A stretch of DNA of 64,000 bases from Symbiobacterium thermophilum (GCA_020725145.1 DYFO01000003.1:1324-65323), one strand, 5' to 3'; shown: positions 1 to 10,734, numbered from the stretch's first letter. Notes: a model not told the origin generated them from the sequence alone. Made by a program: numbers and translations.

Positions 1-1026
1 TTGCTGGCCGACCCCGCGGTCATCGCCCGGCAGGCCGAGTGGCGTCAGCTGGCGCGCGAGCACGGTCGGCTGGCGGAGGTCGTGCGGGTCCTCCGCGAGC
101 ACCGCGAGACGGTGCGGCGCCGGGACGAGGCCCGGGAGCTTCTGCGGGATGAAGACGACGCGGAGTTCCGCTCCCTGGTGGAGGAGGAGCTCGCGGAGCT
201 CGGGCGGCGGGAGCAGGAGCTGGAACGCAGATTGCGTCAGCTCGTGGTGCCCCGAGACCCTGCCGACGACCGCAACGTGCTCATGGAGATCCGGGCCGGC
301 ACCGGCGGCGACGAGGCCGCCCTTTTCGCCGCCGACCTTTACCGCATGTACACGCGTTTTGCCGAGCGGCAGGGCTGGAGGGTCGAACTTCTGTCCTCCA
401 ACCCCACCGGGATAGGCGGCTTCAAGGAAGTGATCTTCATGGTGCACGGCGACGGTGCTTTCAGCGTGCTCAAGCACGAGCGCGGCGTGCACCGGGTGCA
501 GCGTGTGCCCTTGACCGAGGCGTCCGGGCGCATCCACACCTCCACGGCCACCGTGGCCGTGCTACCGGAGGCGGAGGAGGTGGAGGTGACCATCTCCCCG
601 GACGAGCTGGAGATCGACACCTTCTGTGCCAGCGGACCGGGCGGCCAGCACGTCAACAAGACGGAATCGGCCGTGCGCATCACCCACCTTCCCACCGGTC
701 TCGTGGTGACCTGCCAGGATGAGAAGTCGCAGCACAAGAACCGCGAGCGGGCCATGCGGGTGCTGCGTGCGCGGCTTTTGGACCTGGCCACGCAGCAAAA
801 GGAGGCCGAGCTGGCCCAGGCGCGGCGCGCTCAGGTGGGAACCGGTGAGCGCAGCGAGAAGATCCGCACCTACAACTTCCCCGACAACCGGGTGACCGAC
901 CACCGGCTGAAGCAGACCTGGCACCGGCTCGAGGCCATCCTCGATGGGGAGCTCGGGCCGGTTATCGAGGCTCTGGTGGCCCGCGAGGAGGCCGAAAGGC
1001 TGCGCCAGGCCGCCGGTCCGGCGTGA
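1..1026 (+). CDS. prfA: peptide chain release factor 1 (5' end outside the window)
   Basis: GGQ motif ([22 protein letters not shown]) and RF1-type domains. The ORF is open at position 1. Its stop overlaps the prmC start (GTGA). Confidence 0.95.
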   Translation: MLADPAVIARQAEWRQLAREHGRLAEVVRVLREHRETVRRRDEARELLRDEDDAEFRSLVEEELAELGRREQELERRLRQLVVPRDPADDRNVLMEIRAGTGGDEAALFAADLYRMYTRFAERQGWRVELLSSNPTGIGGFKEVIFMVHGDGAFSVLKHERGVHRVQRVPLTEASGRIHTSTATVAVLPEAEEVEVTISPDELEIDTFCASGPGGQHVNKTESAVRITHLPTGLVVTCQDEKSQHKNRERAMRVLRARLLDLATQQKEAELAQARRAQVGTGERSEKIRTYNFPDNRVTDHRLKQTWHRLEAILDGELGPVIEALVAREEAERLRQAAGPA

Positions 1027-1868
1027 AGATTGGCCAGGCCCTGCGGTGGGCTACCGCGCGTCTGGCCGCCAGTCCGAGCCCCCGACTAGATGCGGAGTTG
1101 CTGCTGGCCCGGGTGAGGGGATGCGGGCGGGCGGGCCTGCTGGCATCGCTCACCGAGGACCTGGGGCCGGCCGAGTTCGAGCTTTACCGCGAGATGGTGC
1201 GGCGTCGTGCCCGTGGCGAACCCGTGGCTTATTTACTGGGAAATCGCGAGTTCATGTCCCTGGAGTTCGAGCTTGGCCCCGGGGTGTTCATACCCCGACC
1301 GGAAACCGAGGTGCTGGTGGAAGAAAGCGGGCGGCGGCTGAGCGGCCGGCCCGCGCAGGTGGCGGAAGCCGGCACCGGTTGCGGGGCTATCGCGATTTCG
1401 CTGGCCTTTCATTACCCCCGGGTGATGGTGCATGCCACCGACTCCTCGGAGACCGCGCTGGCGACCGCGCGCCGGAACGCCCTTCGGCACGGCGTGGCCG
1501 ACCGCGTCTTCCTCTATCGCGGGGATCATCTGCAACCCCTGATGGGGCTGGCCGGTAGTTTCCATGCGGTAGTGGCCAACCCTCCCTACATCCCAAGTGC
1601 CGTCATCGACCATCTGCCTCCCGAAGTGCGCGACCACGAACCACGGGCCGCCCTGGACGGTGGCCCCGACGGATTGCAGGCCTACCGGATGCTGGCGCCG
1701 CAGGCCGCGCGGCTGCTTGCCTCCGGCGGATGGATGGGGGTGGAGGTGGGGCCGGATCAGGCCCCGGAGGTGGCCGCCATCCTGCGGGAAGCGGGTTTCG
1801 GGGAGGCGTCGGTGGTGGCCGATCTGGCCGGCAGGCCACGGGCGGTGTTCGCGGCGGTGAGGCGATGA
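1023..1868 (+). CDS. prmC: release factor glutamine N5-methyltransferase (HemK/PrmC)
   Basis: NPPY motif (VVANPPYIP) and AdoMet-binding motif (EAGTGCGAI). GTG start overlaps the prfA stop, the classic prfA-prmC operon arrangement. Confidence 0.9.
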   Translation: MKIGQALRWATARLAASPSPRLDAELLLARVRGCGRAGLLASLTEDLGPAEFELYREMVRRRARGEPVAYLLGNREFMSLEFELGPGVFIPRPETEVLVEESGRRLSGRPAQVAEAGTGCGAIAISLAFHYPRVMVHATDSSETALATARRNALRHGVADRVFLYRGDHLQPLMGLAGSFHAVVANPPYIPSAVIDHLPPEVRDHEPRAALDGGPDGLQAYRMLAPQAARLLASGGWMGVEVGPDQAPEVAAILREAGFGEASVVADLAGRPRAVFAAVRR

Positions 1869-2884
1869 CCAGGGTACTCGAGGTGGACCCGGCTAGCCCC
1901 GATCCACAGGCCCTGAGCGCGGCGGCGAAGGTGCTGCGGGAGGGGGGCCTGGTGGCCTTTCCCACCGAGACCGTCTACGGGCTGGGAGCCGACGCGACCA
2001 GCCCCGAGGCGGTGAGGCGGATCTACGAGGCCAAGGGGCGTCCCCCTGACAACCCCTTGATCGTCCACGTGGCGTCGCCCGACGCGGTACCCGGCCGGTT
2101 GACGTCGGTGGGCCGCCGGCTGGCGGAGCGTTTTTGGCCCGGCCCGCTCAGCCTGGTGATCGCGCGGGGGCCGGGGATCGCTCCCGAGGTCTCGTGCGGG
2201 CTGGATACGGTGGCGGTACGGATGCCCGACCACCCGGTGGCGCTGGGGCTGATCGTCCACGCCGGCGTGCCGGTGGCCGCGCCCAGCGCCAACCGTTCCG
2301 GCCGGACCAGCCCCACCACCGCGCAGCACGTGCTGGAAGACCTGGAGGGCCGACTGGAGCTGGTGCTGGACGCCGGTCCCACCCGGGTCGGCCTGGAATC
2401 CACCGTGCTCGACCTGACTTCCGACCCGCCGGCGGTGCTGCGCCCGGGCGGAGTGACCCTGGAGCAGCTGCGGGAGGTGGTACCGCAAGCGACGCTGGCT
2501 TCGGAACCCACCGGTGCGCCCCGATCTCCCGGCACCCGGTACCGTCACTACGCCCCACGCGCGCGACTGCGGCTGGTGGAGGCCACCGGGGCAGAGGCCG
2601 CGCAACTCATCCGCCGTCTGGCGGAGGCCGAGCGCCGGGCGGGGTCGCGGGTGGGGGCACTGGTGACCTCCGAGGCGGCGAGGGCCGATCCCGGGGTGGA
2701 CCTTCTGGAAGAGCTGGGCCCCGCCGCCGACCTCGCGGTGGTGGCCTGCCGCCTGTATGCCGGCCTGCGGGCGCTGGACGCGCGCGGGGCGGACGTGATC
2801 TTCGCCGAGGCGGGGTTTGCCCCCGACGGACTGGGCCGGGCGATTTGTGACCGTCTTCGCCGGGCCGGTGGAAAGTGCTTGTAA
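1865..2884 (+). CDS. tsaC: L-threonylcarbamoyladenylate synthase (Sua5/YwlC/TsaC family)
   Basis: YrdC fold motifs (AFPTETVYGLGADA) plus a Sua5 C-terminal domain. ATG at 1865 overlaps the prmC stop (ATGA). The track ORF from 1730 carries a spurious G-rich N-terminal extension. Confidence 0.85.
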   Translation: MTRVLEVDPASPDPQALSAAAKVLREGGLVAFPTETVYGLGADATSPEAVRRIYEAKGRPPDNPLIVHVASPDAVPGRLTSVGRRLAERFWPGPLSLVIARGPGIAPEVSCGLDTVAVRMPDHPVALGLIVHAGVPVAAPSANRSGRTSPTTAQHVLEDLEGRLELVLDAGPTRVGLESTVLDLTSDPPAVLRPGGVTLEQLREVVPQATLASEPTGAPRSPGTRYRHYAPRARLRLVEATGAEAAQLIRRLAEAERRAGSRVGALVTSEAARADPGVDLLEELGPAADLAVVACRLYAGLRALDARGADVIFAEAGFAPDGLGRAICDRLRRAGGKCL

Positions 2885-3085
2885 AAAGGGAAGGGATGGT
2901 ATTATAATCAGAAGGGACGATGGGTTGGGGGTCCCCTTTCCGGGGGGACCTCGAGCCGGGTTGCCCGACTGGGTCTCCCCGATGCATGGTTTGGCTGCTT
3001 GCCGCGGACGCCTCCGGGTCGGCGGCGATTTTTTTGTAAAACGATCTGCCGCTAGTGTACAATAACGCTGAGTGGTGATGCTTGC

Positions 3086-3577
3086 TTGCCCAGGAACATC
3101 CTGCTCGTTTGCACCGGCAACACCTGCCGCAGCCCGATGGCGGCGGCGTTGCTGGCGGCGCGGCTCGGCGACCGCTGCCGGGTGCAATCGGCCGGCACGG
3201 CAGCCCTTCCCGGCGAGCCCGCCTCGGAGTTCGCGGTGCGCGTGATGGCCGAACGCGGGCTAGACCTGTCCGGGCACCGCTCAAGGCCCCTGGTGCCCGA
3301 GCTGGTGGCCGGGGCCGACCTCGTGCTCACCATGACCCGGGGGCACCGCCAGGCGGTGGTCCACCTCTGCCCGGCGGCGGCCGACCGCACCTTCACGCTG
3401 CGCGAGTTCGCCGGCTGCCCGCTGCATCCTCCCCAGGGAGAGGATCTGGACATCCCCGACCCCCTGGGTGGTTCGGAGCAGGTGTACCGGCAGGTGGCGG
3501 ACGAGCTGGCCCGCTTGGTGGACGCGGTGGCGGCGAGGATGGCCCGGTTCGAAACCCCCGGAGGTGAGCAGGCTTGA
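3086..3577 (+). CDS. ywlE: low molecular weight protein tyrosine/arginine phosphatase (YwlE-like)
   Basis: P-loop CX5R(S) motif (LLVCTGNTCRSPMAAAL). Starts at a TTG; the start call is uncertain. Confidence 0.8.
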   Translation: MPRNILLVCTGNTCRSPMAAALLAARLGDRCRVQSAGTAALPGEPASEFAVRVMAERGLDLSGHRSRPLVPELVAGADLVLTMTRGHRQAVVHLCPAAADRTFTLREFAGCPLHPPQGEDLDIPDPLGGSEQVYRQVADELARLVDAVAARMARFETPGGEQA

Positions 3578-4029
3578 AGCTGGCCATTGCCTCCGACCAC
3601 GCCGGCGTCGAGCTCAAACGCCTCATCCTGACGGAGCTCGACGGCGAGGGTCATCGGTGGCAAGACCTTGGTACCTGGGACAGTACGCCCGTCGACTACC
3701 CCGACCTCGCGCTGGCGGTGGCGGAGAAGGTCATAAGCGGCGAGTGCGACCTGGGCGTGCTGATCTGCGGCACGGGGGCGGGCATGGCCATCGCCGCCAA
3801 CAAGGTTCCCGGCGTCCGGGCCGCGGTCTGTCACGATACCTTTACCGCCCGCGCCGCGCGTGAACACAACGCGGTCAACGTCCTGGCGCTGGGAGCACGG
3901 GTGGTGGGACCGGGCCTGGCGATGGAGGTGCTCCGCGCCTGGCTGGCGGCCGCGCCGGCCGAGGGCAGGCACCGGCGTCGGGTGGACAAGATCACCGCCA
4001 TCGAGCGGCGTTACGGTGGCGAACGGTGA
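3574..4029 (+). CDS. rpiB: ribose-5-phosphate isomerase B
   Basis: RpiB/LacAB signature ([15 protein letters not shown] ... [17 protein letters not shown]). TTG start overlaps the ywlE stop. Confidence 0.9.
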   Translation: MKLAIASDHAGVELKRLILTELDGEGHRWQDLGTWDSTPVDYPDLALAVAEKVISGECDLGVLICGTGAGMAIAANKVPGVRAAVCHDTFTARAAREHNAVNVLALGARVVGPGLAMEVLRAWLAAAPAEGRHRRRVDKITAIERRYGGER

Positions 4030-4616
4030 GCGCGGCGCCGGATCGCCCGAGCTGGGACGCTTACTTCCTGGAGATCACGCGGGCGGTGGCCCGCAGGTCC
4101 ACCTGCCTGCGCCGGCAGGTAGGGGCGATAGTGGTGCGCGACAAGCGTCTGCTCACCACCGGGTACAACGGCGCTCCCGCCGGGCTTGCCCATTGCAGCG
4201 AGACCGGCTGTCTCCGGGCAGAGCTCGGCATACCTGCCGGGGAGCGTCACGAGCTGTGCCGGGGATTGCACGCCGAGCAAAACGCGCTGCTGCAGGCAGC
4301 CCTGTACGGCATCGCCCTGCAGGGGGCGACCCTTTATTGCACCACCGCTCCGTGCTTGATCTGCGCCAAGATGCTCATCAACGCCGGCCTGCGCCGGGTG
4401 GTGTTCCTCGACGCCTATCCGGACGATCTCGCGCGCCACTTCCTCGCGGCGGCCGGGGTGGAGCTTTACAAGGGGGAGGAGAGACTTGCGGCCGGTGAGC
4501 ACGCGCACCATCGCACTGCCGAGGCTGAACCGCCTGGAGCCGACGCTGGAGGGGACGGCCCTCAAGCTCATGGAGGAGGCGGGCGAACTGGCCAAGACGA
4601 TCCTCGGGCTGACTGA
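4026..4616 (+). CDS. dCMP deaminase (ComEB-like cytidine/deoxycytidylate deaminase)
   Basis: Zinc-binding motifs HAEQNAL and [19 protein letters not shown]. The low-complexity C-terminal 40 aa overlaps the next gene in another frame. Confidence 0.75.
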   Translation: MSAAPDRPSWDAYFLEITRAVARRSTCLRRQVGAIVVRDKRLLTTGYNGAPAGLAHCSETGCLRAELGIPAGERHELCRGLHAEQNALLQAALYGIALQGATLYCTTAPCLICAKMLINAGLRRVVFLDAYPDDLARHFLAAAGVELYKGEERLAAGEHAHHRTAEAEPPGADAGGDGPQAHGGGGRTGQDDPRAD

Positions 4617-4869
4617 GGAGGGCAGGCAGGGACCGGCGCTCTCGCGAGTGGCCCTGGACCTCCTGGACGTGGCCCAGACCGCCATCACCATGATGTACGT
4701 GCTTGAGGAGCAGTACAAGGTGGACGTAGGAGGTGCCCTCGAGCGGCACCTGGCCAAGCTGATGGCCAGGGGCTACCTCAGTCTGGATGACGACGACATC
4801 CCTGCTAAGGAAGGTGAAGTCGGACAGTCCGTCGAAATGGGACAGGCACTTTCGAGGCCGAAGGAGTAA
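4486..4869 (+). CDS. MazG-like nucleotide pyrophosphohydrolase (small all-alpha NTP-PPase)
   Basis: EExGE-type motif ([12 protein letters not shown]). Strong [12 protein letters not shown] sits 6 nt before the TTG at 4486. Overlaps the deaminase ORF by 131 nt. Confidence 0.55.
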   Translation: MRPVSTRTIALPRLNRLEPTLEGTALKLMEEAGELAKTILGLTEEGRQGPALSRVALDLLDVAQTAITMMYVLEEQYKVDVGGALERHLAKLMARGYLSLDDDDIPAKEGEVGQSVEMGQALSRPKE

Positions 4870-4875
4870 GCCGCC

Positions 4876-5916
4876 TTGTCGCAGCTCATCCTGGGCTTTT
4901 CGGTGGCGCTGGGTGTCGCCCTGCTGGCCACCCCGCTCGTGAAACGTGTTGCCGTGAAGCTGGGCGCTCTGGACCGGCCGGTCGGCCGCAGCGTCCACAC
5001 CACCGCCATCCCCCATCTCGGAGGAATTGCCATCTACCTGGCCTTCGCCGCCGGTTCGCTGGCCACCTTCGGCCCCGAGAGCCGGGACGTGCGCATCATC
5101 CTGGCAGGAGGTTCGCTGATGGTGGCGCTTGGGGTGGCCGACGACTTCTACCGCCTCCGCCCGGGCGTCAAGTTCCTGGGCCAGCTGGTGGTGGCGGCGG
5201 TGGTGGTGGCCATGGGCGCCCAGATCCGCTTCCTGTCCCACCCGCTGGGCGAGGGAATGATCTACCTGGGATGGGTCGGGGTGCCGGTCACCCTGCTGTG
5301 GATCGTCACCGTCACCAACGTGATCAACTTCATCGACGGTCTTGACGGCCTGGCGGCCGGCGTGGTCTCCATCGTCTCCCTCACCTTGCTCTATGTGGCG
5401 CTGCGGGCGGAGCAGCCCGACACGGCGGTGTTCACGGCGGTGCTGGCCGGCAGCTCGCTGGGTTTTCTGCCCTACAACTTCAACCCCGCCAAGATCATCA
5501 TGGGGGACGCGGGGGCGCAGTTCCTCGGTTTCGCGCTGGCGGTGCTGGCCATCGGCGGGCCGCTCAAGCAGGCCACCACCATCGCCCTGGCGGTTCCGGT
5601 GGTCGCGCTGGGCCTGCCGATCGTGGACACGCTCTGCGCCATCGTGCGCCGCGTTTCCAACGGCCGCCCGTTCCACGAGGCCGACCGTGGCCATCTACAT
5701 CACCGCCTGCTGCGCCTGGGCCTCACGCAGCGGCAGGCGGTGGTGGCCCTCTACGGGGTCAGCGCCTGGCTCGGGCTCAGCGCCATCGCCGCGAACGAGA
5801 TGTCGCGCGGTCACGGACTTGCCTTGCTGTTTGTGGTGATGGGTACCCTGGTGTACGCGGCGGTACGCATCGGCGCGCTGGAGGAAGCGGCCGAGGGTCG
5901 CGAGTACGGTGACTGA
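4876..5916 (+). CDS. tagO: UDP-GlcNAc:undecaprenyl-phosphate GlcNAc-1-phosphate transferase (TagO/WecA, MraY family)
   Basis: Polytopic membrane protein with the MraY/WecA motif NVINFIDGLDGLAAG. SD AAGGAG precedes the TTG start. Confidence 0.85.
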   Translation: MSQLILGFSVALGVALLATPLVKRVAVKLGALDRPVGRSVHTTAIPHLGGIAIYLAFAAGSLATFGPESRDVRIILAGGSLMVALGVADDFYRLRPGVKFLGQLVVAAVVVAMGAQIRFLSHPLGEGMIYLGWVGVPVTLLWIVTVTNVINFIDGLDGLAAGVVSIVSLTLLYVALRAEQPDTAVFTAVLAGSSLGFLPYNFNPAKIIMGDAGAQFLGFALAVLAIGGPLKQATTIALAVPVVALGLPIVDTLCAIVRRVSNGRPFHEADRGHLHHRLLRLGLTQRQAVVALYGVSAWLGLSAIAANEMSRGHGLALLFVVMGTLVYAAVRIGALEEAAEGREYGD

Positions 5917-7132
5917 CGGCCGGCGCCCCAGGGTGCTGGTCACCTTCGGAACGCGGCCGGAGGCCATCAAGATGGCGCCCGTGGTGCATGAGCTCAAGCG
6001 GCGCGCCGACCGTTTCGACACCGTGGTGGCGGTCACCGCGCAACACCGCGAGATGCTCGACCAGGTGCTCGAGCACTTCGAGATCGTCCCGCAGCACGAC
6101 CTGGATATCATGACTCCCCGCCAGTCGCTCACCGAGATCGCCGTGCGCGGTCTGGCCGGGCTCGACCGCATCCTCGCCGCCGAATGCTTCGACCTGGTGC
6201 TGGTCCATGGCGACGCGGCGACCGCGCTACTGGGGTCGCTGGCCGCCTTCCACCGCCGGGTGGCGGTGGGTCACGTGGAGGCGGGGCTGCGGACCGGCAA
6301 CAAGTACTCCCCTTTCCCCGAGGAGCTGTATCGCCGGCTGGCGGATGCCCTCGCCGACCTGCACTTCGCCCCCACCGCGCTGGCCCGTGACAACCTTGTG
6401 CGCGAGGCGATCTCCCCCACGGGCATACACGTGACCGGCAACACCGCCATCGATGCCCTGCGATGGACGGTGCGCGACGACTACCGCTTCGCCGACTCCC
6501 GGCTGGCCGAACTGGTGGCCGGCCGGCACCGCCTGGTGGCGGTGGAGTGCCACCGCCGGGAGAACTTCGGCGAGCCCATGCACCGTATCTTCCGCGCCTT
6601 GGCCGAGCTCGGCCGGCGCGAGGATGTGTGGCTGGTGGTCTCCGCCCACCGCAACCCCGAGGCCGGCGAGGTGGCCCGACGCTGGTTGCAGGACAAACCC
6701 CGCGTGTACCTGCGGGACCCCCTGCCGTACGCCGAATGGGCCAACCTGCTGGGCAGGACCCACTTCCTGATCACCGACTCCGGAGGGTTGCAGGAGGAGG
6801 CTCCGGCCCTCGGGGTGCCGGTGATCCTCTGCCGCGACAGGACCGAGCGCCCCGAGGCCTTGGAGGCGGGCACGGTCAGGCTGGTGGGCACCGACCCCGA
6901 CGCCCTGTTGTCGCTGGCCGCACGGTTGCTCGACGACCCCGAGGAGCACGCTCGCATGGCCCGTGCCACCAACCCCTACGGTGACGGCCGCGCGGCGGTT
7001 CGCACCGTCGACGCCATCGAGCACTACTTCGGATTGCGTCCCGACCCACCCGAGGAGTGGCGCCCCCAGCCGGTATTTGCCAGCCGGCCGCATGCCTCCG
7101 GACCGCATGAAGGCCGGCCCGCCGGCAATTAA
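5909..7132 (+). CDS. mnaA: UDP-N-acetylglucosamine 2-epimerase (non-hydrolysing)
   Basis: N-terminus VLVTFGTRPEAIKMAPV and the HVEAGLRT motif. Overlaps the tagO stop by 8 nt. Confidence 0.9.
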   Translation: MTDGRRPRVLVTFGTRPEAIKMAPVVHELKRRADRFDTVVAVTAQHREMLDQVLEHFEIVPQHDLDIMTPRQSLTEIAVRGLAGLDRILAAECFDLVLVHGDAATALLGSLAAFHRRVAVGHVEAGLRTGNKYSPFPEELYRRLADALADLHFAPTALARDNLVREAISPTGIHVTGNTAIDALRWTVRDDYRFADSRLAELVAGRHRLVAVECHRRENFGEPMHRIFRALAELGRREDVWLVVSAHRNPEAGEVARRWLQDKPRVYLRDPLPYAEWANLLGRTHFLITDSGGLQEEAPALGVPVILCRDRTERPEALEAGTVRLVGTDPDALLSLAARLLDDPEEHARMARATNPYGDGRAAVRTVDAIEHYFGLRPDPPEEWRPQPVFASRPHASGPHEGRPAGN

Positions 7133-7162
7133 CTAGACAGGCATTCGCGGGAGCGGCAGGAC

Positions 7163-8413
7163 ATGTCGGAGCGAATCGTGGTCCGGGGCGGCACGCCCCT
7201 GCGCGGCACGGTGACGGTGGAGGGAGCCAAGAACTCGGTGCTGCCCATCCTTGCCGCTTCCCTCCTGCCGGGAGGCCCCAGCCGCATCCACCGGGTACCC
7301 GCCGTGGACGACGTCTTCACCGTGGTGGAGGTGCTGAGGGCGCTGGGCGCCCGCGTGCGGTGGGAAGGGAACTCGCTCACGGTGGACGCCGCCGACGTCC
7401 TGGCCGACGCGGCCCCCGACGACCTGGTTCGGCGCATGCGGGCGGCCTTTTGGGTGCTGGGGCCGTTGCTGGCCCGCAACGGCCGTGCCCGCATCGCCCT
7501 GCCGGGGGGATGCGCCATCGGCAGCCGCCCCATCGACCTGCACCTCAAGGGCCTGGCGGCGTTGGGAGCGGAGATCTCCTGCGACCACGGCCGCGTCCAG
7601 GCACGTGCCTCGCACCTGCGCGGAACCCGCATATACCTCGACGTCCCAAGCGTGGGTGCCACCGAGCACCTGCTCATGACCGCCGCGCTGGCCGACGGGG
7701 TGACGCTCATCGAGAACGCCGCCGAGGAGCCCGAGGTGGTGGATCTGGCCGGCTACCTTGTATCCAGGGGAGCCCGCATCGCCGGGGCCGGCACCCGGCG
7801 CATCCGGGTGGAGGGCGTGCGCGAGCTTACCGCGGGCGAGCACACCGTGATCCCCGACCGCATCGAGGCCGGCACTTTCATGCTGGCGGCGGCGATCACC
7901 GGCGGCGAGGTGGAGGTAGCGGAGATGATCCCCGAGCACTGCAAGCCGGTCACCGCCAAGCTGCGTGAGGCCGGGGTGGAGGTGGCCGAGGCGGATGGTG
8001 CAGTGGTGGTAAGGGCCGCCGCCAGGCCACGGGCGGTGGACGTCAAGACCCTGCCCTACCCGGGTTTCCCTACCGACATGCAGGCGCCTTTCATGGCGGT
8101 GATGGCGGTGGCCGAGGGCAACAGCCTGATCATCGAGACCGTCTTCGAGAACCGTTTCCTCCACGTCAACGAGCTCAAGCGGATGGGGGCGGACATCACC
8201 ATCGAGGGACGCAGCGCCCTGGTCAGAGGAAAGGCCCGTCTGAGCGGGGCGTCGGTGCAGGCCACCGACATCCGGGGAGCGGCCGCCCTGGTGTTGGCCG
8301 CCCTGGCGGCGGAAGGCAGCTCGGAGATAGGAGCGGTCCACCACCTCGACCGCGGGTATGCCCGCATGGAGGCGAAGCTGCGCGGGCTGGGAGCCGACGC
8401 CCGGCGCCGCTGA
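7163..8413 (+). CDS. murA: UDP-N-acetylglucosamine 1-carboxyvinyltransferase
   Basis: Full-length MurA with the active-site Cys region (ALPGGCAIGSRPIDLH). Confidence 0.95.
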   Translation: MSERIVVRGGTPLRGTVTVEGAKNSVLPILAASLLPGGPSRIHRVPAVDDVFTVVEVLRALGARVRWEGNSLTVDAADVLADAAPDDLVRRMRAAFWVLGPLLARNGRARIALPGGCAIGSRPIDLHLKGLAALGAEISCDHGRVQARASHLRGTRIYLDVPSVGATEHLLMTAALADGVTLIENAAEEPEVVDLAGYLVSRGARIAGAGTRRIRVEGVRELTAGEHTVIPDRIEAGTFMLAAAITGGEVEVAEMIPEHCKPVTAKLREAGVEVAEADGAVVVRAAARPRAVDVKTLPYPGFPTDMQAPFMAVMAVAEGNSLIIETVFENRFLHVNELKRMGADITIEGRSALVRGKARLSGASVQATDIRGAAALVLAALAAEGSSEIGAVHHLDRGYARMEAKLRGLGADARRR

Positions 8414-8497
8414 CCCCAGGCAAGCCGATCTCTCCCCGCTCATAGGATCGGGGCGGGGGGACTTCCGCTGCGGTATCTGCTGGCCGCCGTCATCGTC

Positions 8498-9457
8498 TTG
8501 CAGGTGCTGCTGGTGCTGGTGCTACCGGCGCTCATCGTGCGTTTCTGCCGCGGACCCGAGGCCGCCCCCGCCCCGGCGCCGACCGCGACCGGTCCCTGGG
8601 TGCGGCTCCTCGTGGACCCGGACGGGACCGTGCTCCGGCTCGAACTGGAGGAGTACGTCAGGGGCGTGGTGGCGGCGGAGATGCCGGCCGCCTTCGAACT
8701 GGAAGCGCTCAAGGCGCAGGCGGTGATCGCGCGCACCTACGCCGTACGCCGGATGCGTGCGTTGGGAGGGGCGGGCGTGCCCGGGTACCCCGAAGCCGAC
8801 GTGCGCACCGCCCTGGATCGCGGCGGACAGGCCTGGCTGAGCCGGGAGGAGCTCTTGCACCGCTGGGGTCCAATCCAGTTCCACCTGCACTGGGCGCGCA
8901 TCGAGGAGGCGGTGGCGGCCACCCGCGGACTCATCGTCACCTTCGGCGGACTGCCCATCGACCCCGTGTACCACTCGACCTGCGGCGGAAGGACGGAGAA
9001 TTCCGAGGACGTCTGGCAGGAGGCACTTCCTTACCTGCGCAGCGTGACCTGCACCACCTGCCGGCATTCTCCGCACGCCGAGCGCACCACCCGCACGCTT
9101 GACGTGGAGGAGATCGTCGCCCGGCTGGGCGGCGAGCCGGGCCTCCGCGCCACGGCCGCCGGCCGTCCGCTCATACAGGTAGTACAGACCACGGCGACGG
9201 GCCGGGCGCGCACCGTGCAGGTAGGAGACCGCAGGTTTCGGGCCGCCGATTTTCGGCTGCTGCTGGGACTGCCATCCACCAACTTCCGTGTCGAACTGGC
9301 CGGCAGCCAGGTACGCTTCACGCTGACCGGATACGGTCATGCCGTGGGTCTGTGCCAGTACGGGGCTGACGGCATGGCCCGACAGGGGCGCAGCTACGAG
9401 GAGATCCTCCGCCACTACTACTCCGGTGTCGACATCACGCCGCTGGATGCCTTCTGA
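8498..9457 (+). CDS. spoIID: stage II sporulation protein D (SpoIID, lytic transglycosylase family)
   Basis: SpoIID/LytB domain (EEYVRGVVAAEMP ... AQAVIARTYAV) with an N-terminal membrane anchor. The TTG start is uncertain. Confidence 0.85.
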   Translation: MQVLLVLVLPALIVRFCRGPEAAPAPAPTATGPWVRLLVDPDGTVLRLELEEYVRGVVAAEMPAAFELEALKAQAVIARTYAVRRMRALGGAGVPGYPEADVRTALDRGGQAWLSREELLHRWGPIQFHLHWARIEEAVAATRGLIVTFGGLPIDPVYHSTCGGRTENSEDVWQEALPYLRSVTCTTCRHSPHAERTTRTLDVEEIVARLGGEPGLRATAAGRPLIQVVQTTATGRARTVQVGDRRFRAADFRLLLGLPSTNFRVELAGSQVRFTLTGYGHAVGLCQYGADGMARQGRSYEEILRHYYSGVDITPLDAF

Positions 9458-9466
9458 CCCGGAATA

Positions 9467-10294
9467 ATGCCGCCACCCTTGGTGAAAACTGGTGGCGGAG
9501 GCGATGGATCGGTGCAGCGACAACGGCGGCCACGCGAGATTTCCCGGTTACGGCCGGTGGTCGAGCGCCTGCGGTCGCGGGTGCGGGAGGTGCTCTCCCG
9601 GCTCCGCGCAGGATCGCAAGCCGCGGCGCGGGCGGTGGGTGAGCGGTGGGGGTACCTCAGCCTGGTGCTGCTCTTGATCGCGGGCACGGTGGTCGTCGAT
9701 CAGACGCGTGAGAACCGCCTGCTTCGCGAGCGACTGCGGTGGGAACCCGCGCCGCAGGCCGGCGAACCCGAGCGGCTGCCCGGGGCCTTGACCGAGCGTG
9801 TTCCGGTCGCGCCGACCGCTCCGGACGGTGAGGAGCCGGAGGCGGAACCCGAAAGCTCGCCGCCGGCCGCGGTCGCCGTGGCGGCCCCCGTGGTGCGGCC
9901 GGAGGACGCCGATTGGCCGGCTACCGGCCAGCTCGTGCGGGGCTTCGGCTGGCACTGGTCGCCCACCCACGAGGACTGGCGGCATCATCCCGGCATGGAC
10001 CTTTTGACTGCCGAAGGGGCCGAGGTGCGTGCGGCCCTTCCGGGGACGGTGAAGGAGGTGCGCCGTGATGCGCTCTGGGCGAACATCGTGGTACTGGAAC
10101 ACGGAGAGGGATTGCGCACCGTATACGCCCACCTCGAGCGGGTGACCGTCCGTCCCGGGGAACGGGTGACCGCCGGACAGGTGCTGGGCAGGGTGGGGCA
10201 GCCGGGCCAGGCAGAGCTGGCGGACGGGTTCCATCTCCACTTCGAATTGCACGTCGACGGCAGGCCCGTCGATCCCGCCGCCTACCTCAGATAG
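9467..10294 (+). CDS. SpoIIQ-like M23/LytM family peptidase
   Basis: N-terminal TM segment. The LytM catalytic motifs are intact: HxxxD (HHPGMD) and HxH (HLHFELH). Its position between spoIID and spoIIID matches the clostridial spoIIQ locus. Confidence 0.6.
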   Translation: MPPPLVKTGGGGDGSVQRQRRPREISRLRPVVERLRSRVREVLSRLRAGSQAAARAVGERWGYLSLVLLLIAGTVVVDQTRENRLLRERLRWEPAPQAGEPERLPGALTERVPVAPTAPDGEEPEAEPESSPPAAVAVAAPVVRPEDADWPATGQLVRGFGWHWSPTHEDWRHHPGMDLLTAEGAEVRAALPGTVKEVRRDALWANIVVLEHGEGLRTVYAHLERVTVRPGERVTAGQVLGRVGQPGQAELADGFHLHFELHVDGRPVDPAAYLR

Positions 10295-10361
10295 CCGGAC
10301 TCATCTTCGCGCCCGCCGCCACATATATAGGGGTCAGAAGCGGCGCCCGGAGGGACGGGCC

Positions 10362-10628
10362 GTGAGGGAGCACGTCTTCAAGCGAGTTCTGGCCGTCGGC
10401 GCCCATATCGCGGACCACGGGGCGACGGTGAGGGATGCCGCGCGGGCCTTTGGGGTCAGCAAGAGCACGGTCCACAAGGACCTGACCGAACGCCTTCCCC
10501 TGGTCAATCCCGGATTGGCCCGGCGCGTGCGGGACGTTCTGGCCTACAACCGCTCGCAGCGGCACCTGCGGGGCGGCGACGCCACGCGCAGAAAGTACGC
10601 CCTCCGCAGCTGGTCTCCCGGCGGCTGA
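10362..10628 (+). CDS. spoIIID: stage III sporulation protein D (SpoIIID DNA-binding regulator)
   Basis: Close to B. subtilis SpoIIID throughout (FGVSKSTVHKDLTERLP ... RHLRGGDAT). SD GGAGGGACGG precedes the GTG start. Confidence 0.9.
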   Translation: MREHVFKRVLAVGAHIADHGATVRDAARAFGVSKSTVHKDLTERLPLVNPGLARRVRDVLAYNRSQRHLRGGDATRRKYALRSWSPGG

Positions 10629-10734
10629 GCAGGAATCCAAGGTGCCGTTCGAGAAGTTTCTAACACATTCGACAGTCATTTCCTCGCGACACGACTGCTC
10701 TTCTTCCGGGAAGGGGCGGGTCCGCTTGTTCCCG

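Noticed and set aside
2885-3085. Possible riboswitch or sRNA in the 200-nt leader before the ywlE-rpiB genes
   Set aside because: It contains two candidate TTGTAA-type promoters and two hairpins, GGGGGTCCCC...GGGGGGACC and GGCGGCGA-T7-...TCTGCCGC. I could not match any known riboswitch core, so it is kept only as a structured leader.
1757-3187. 476-aa minus-strand ORF antisense to tsaC
   Set aside because: Arg/Gly/Pro-rich low-complexity translation, antisense to a well-supported gene. A typical high-GC stop-codon-poor artefact.
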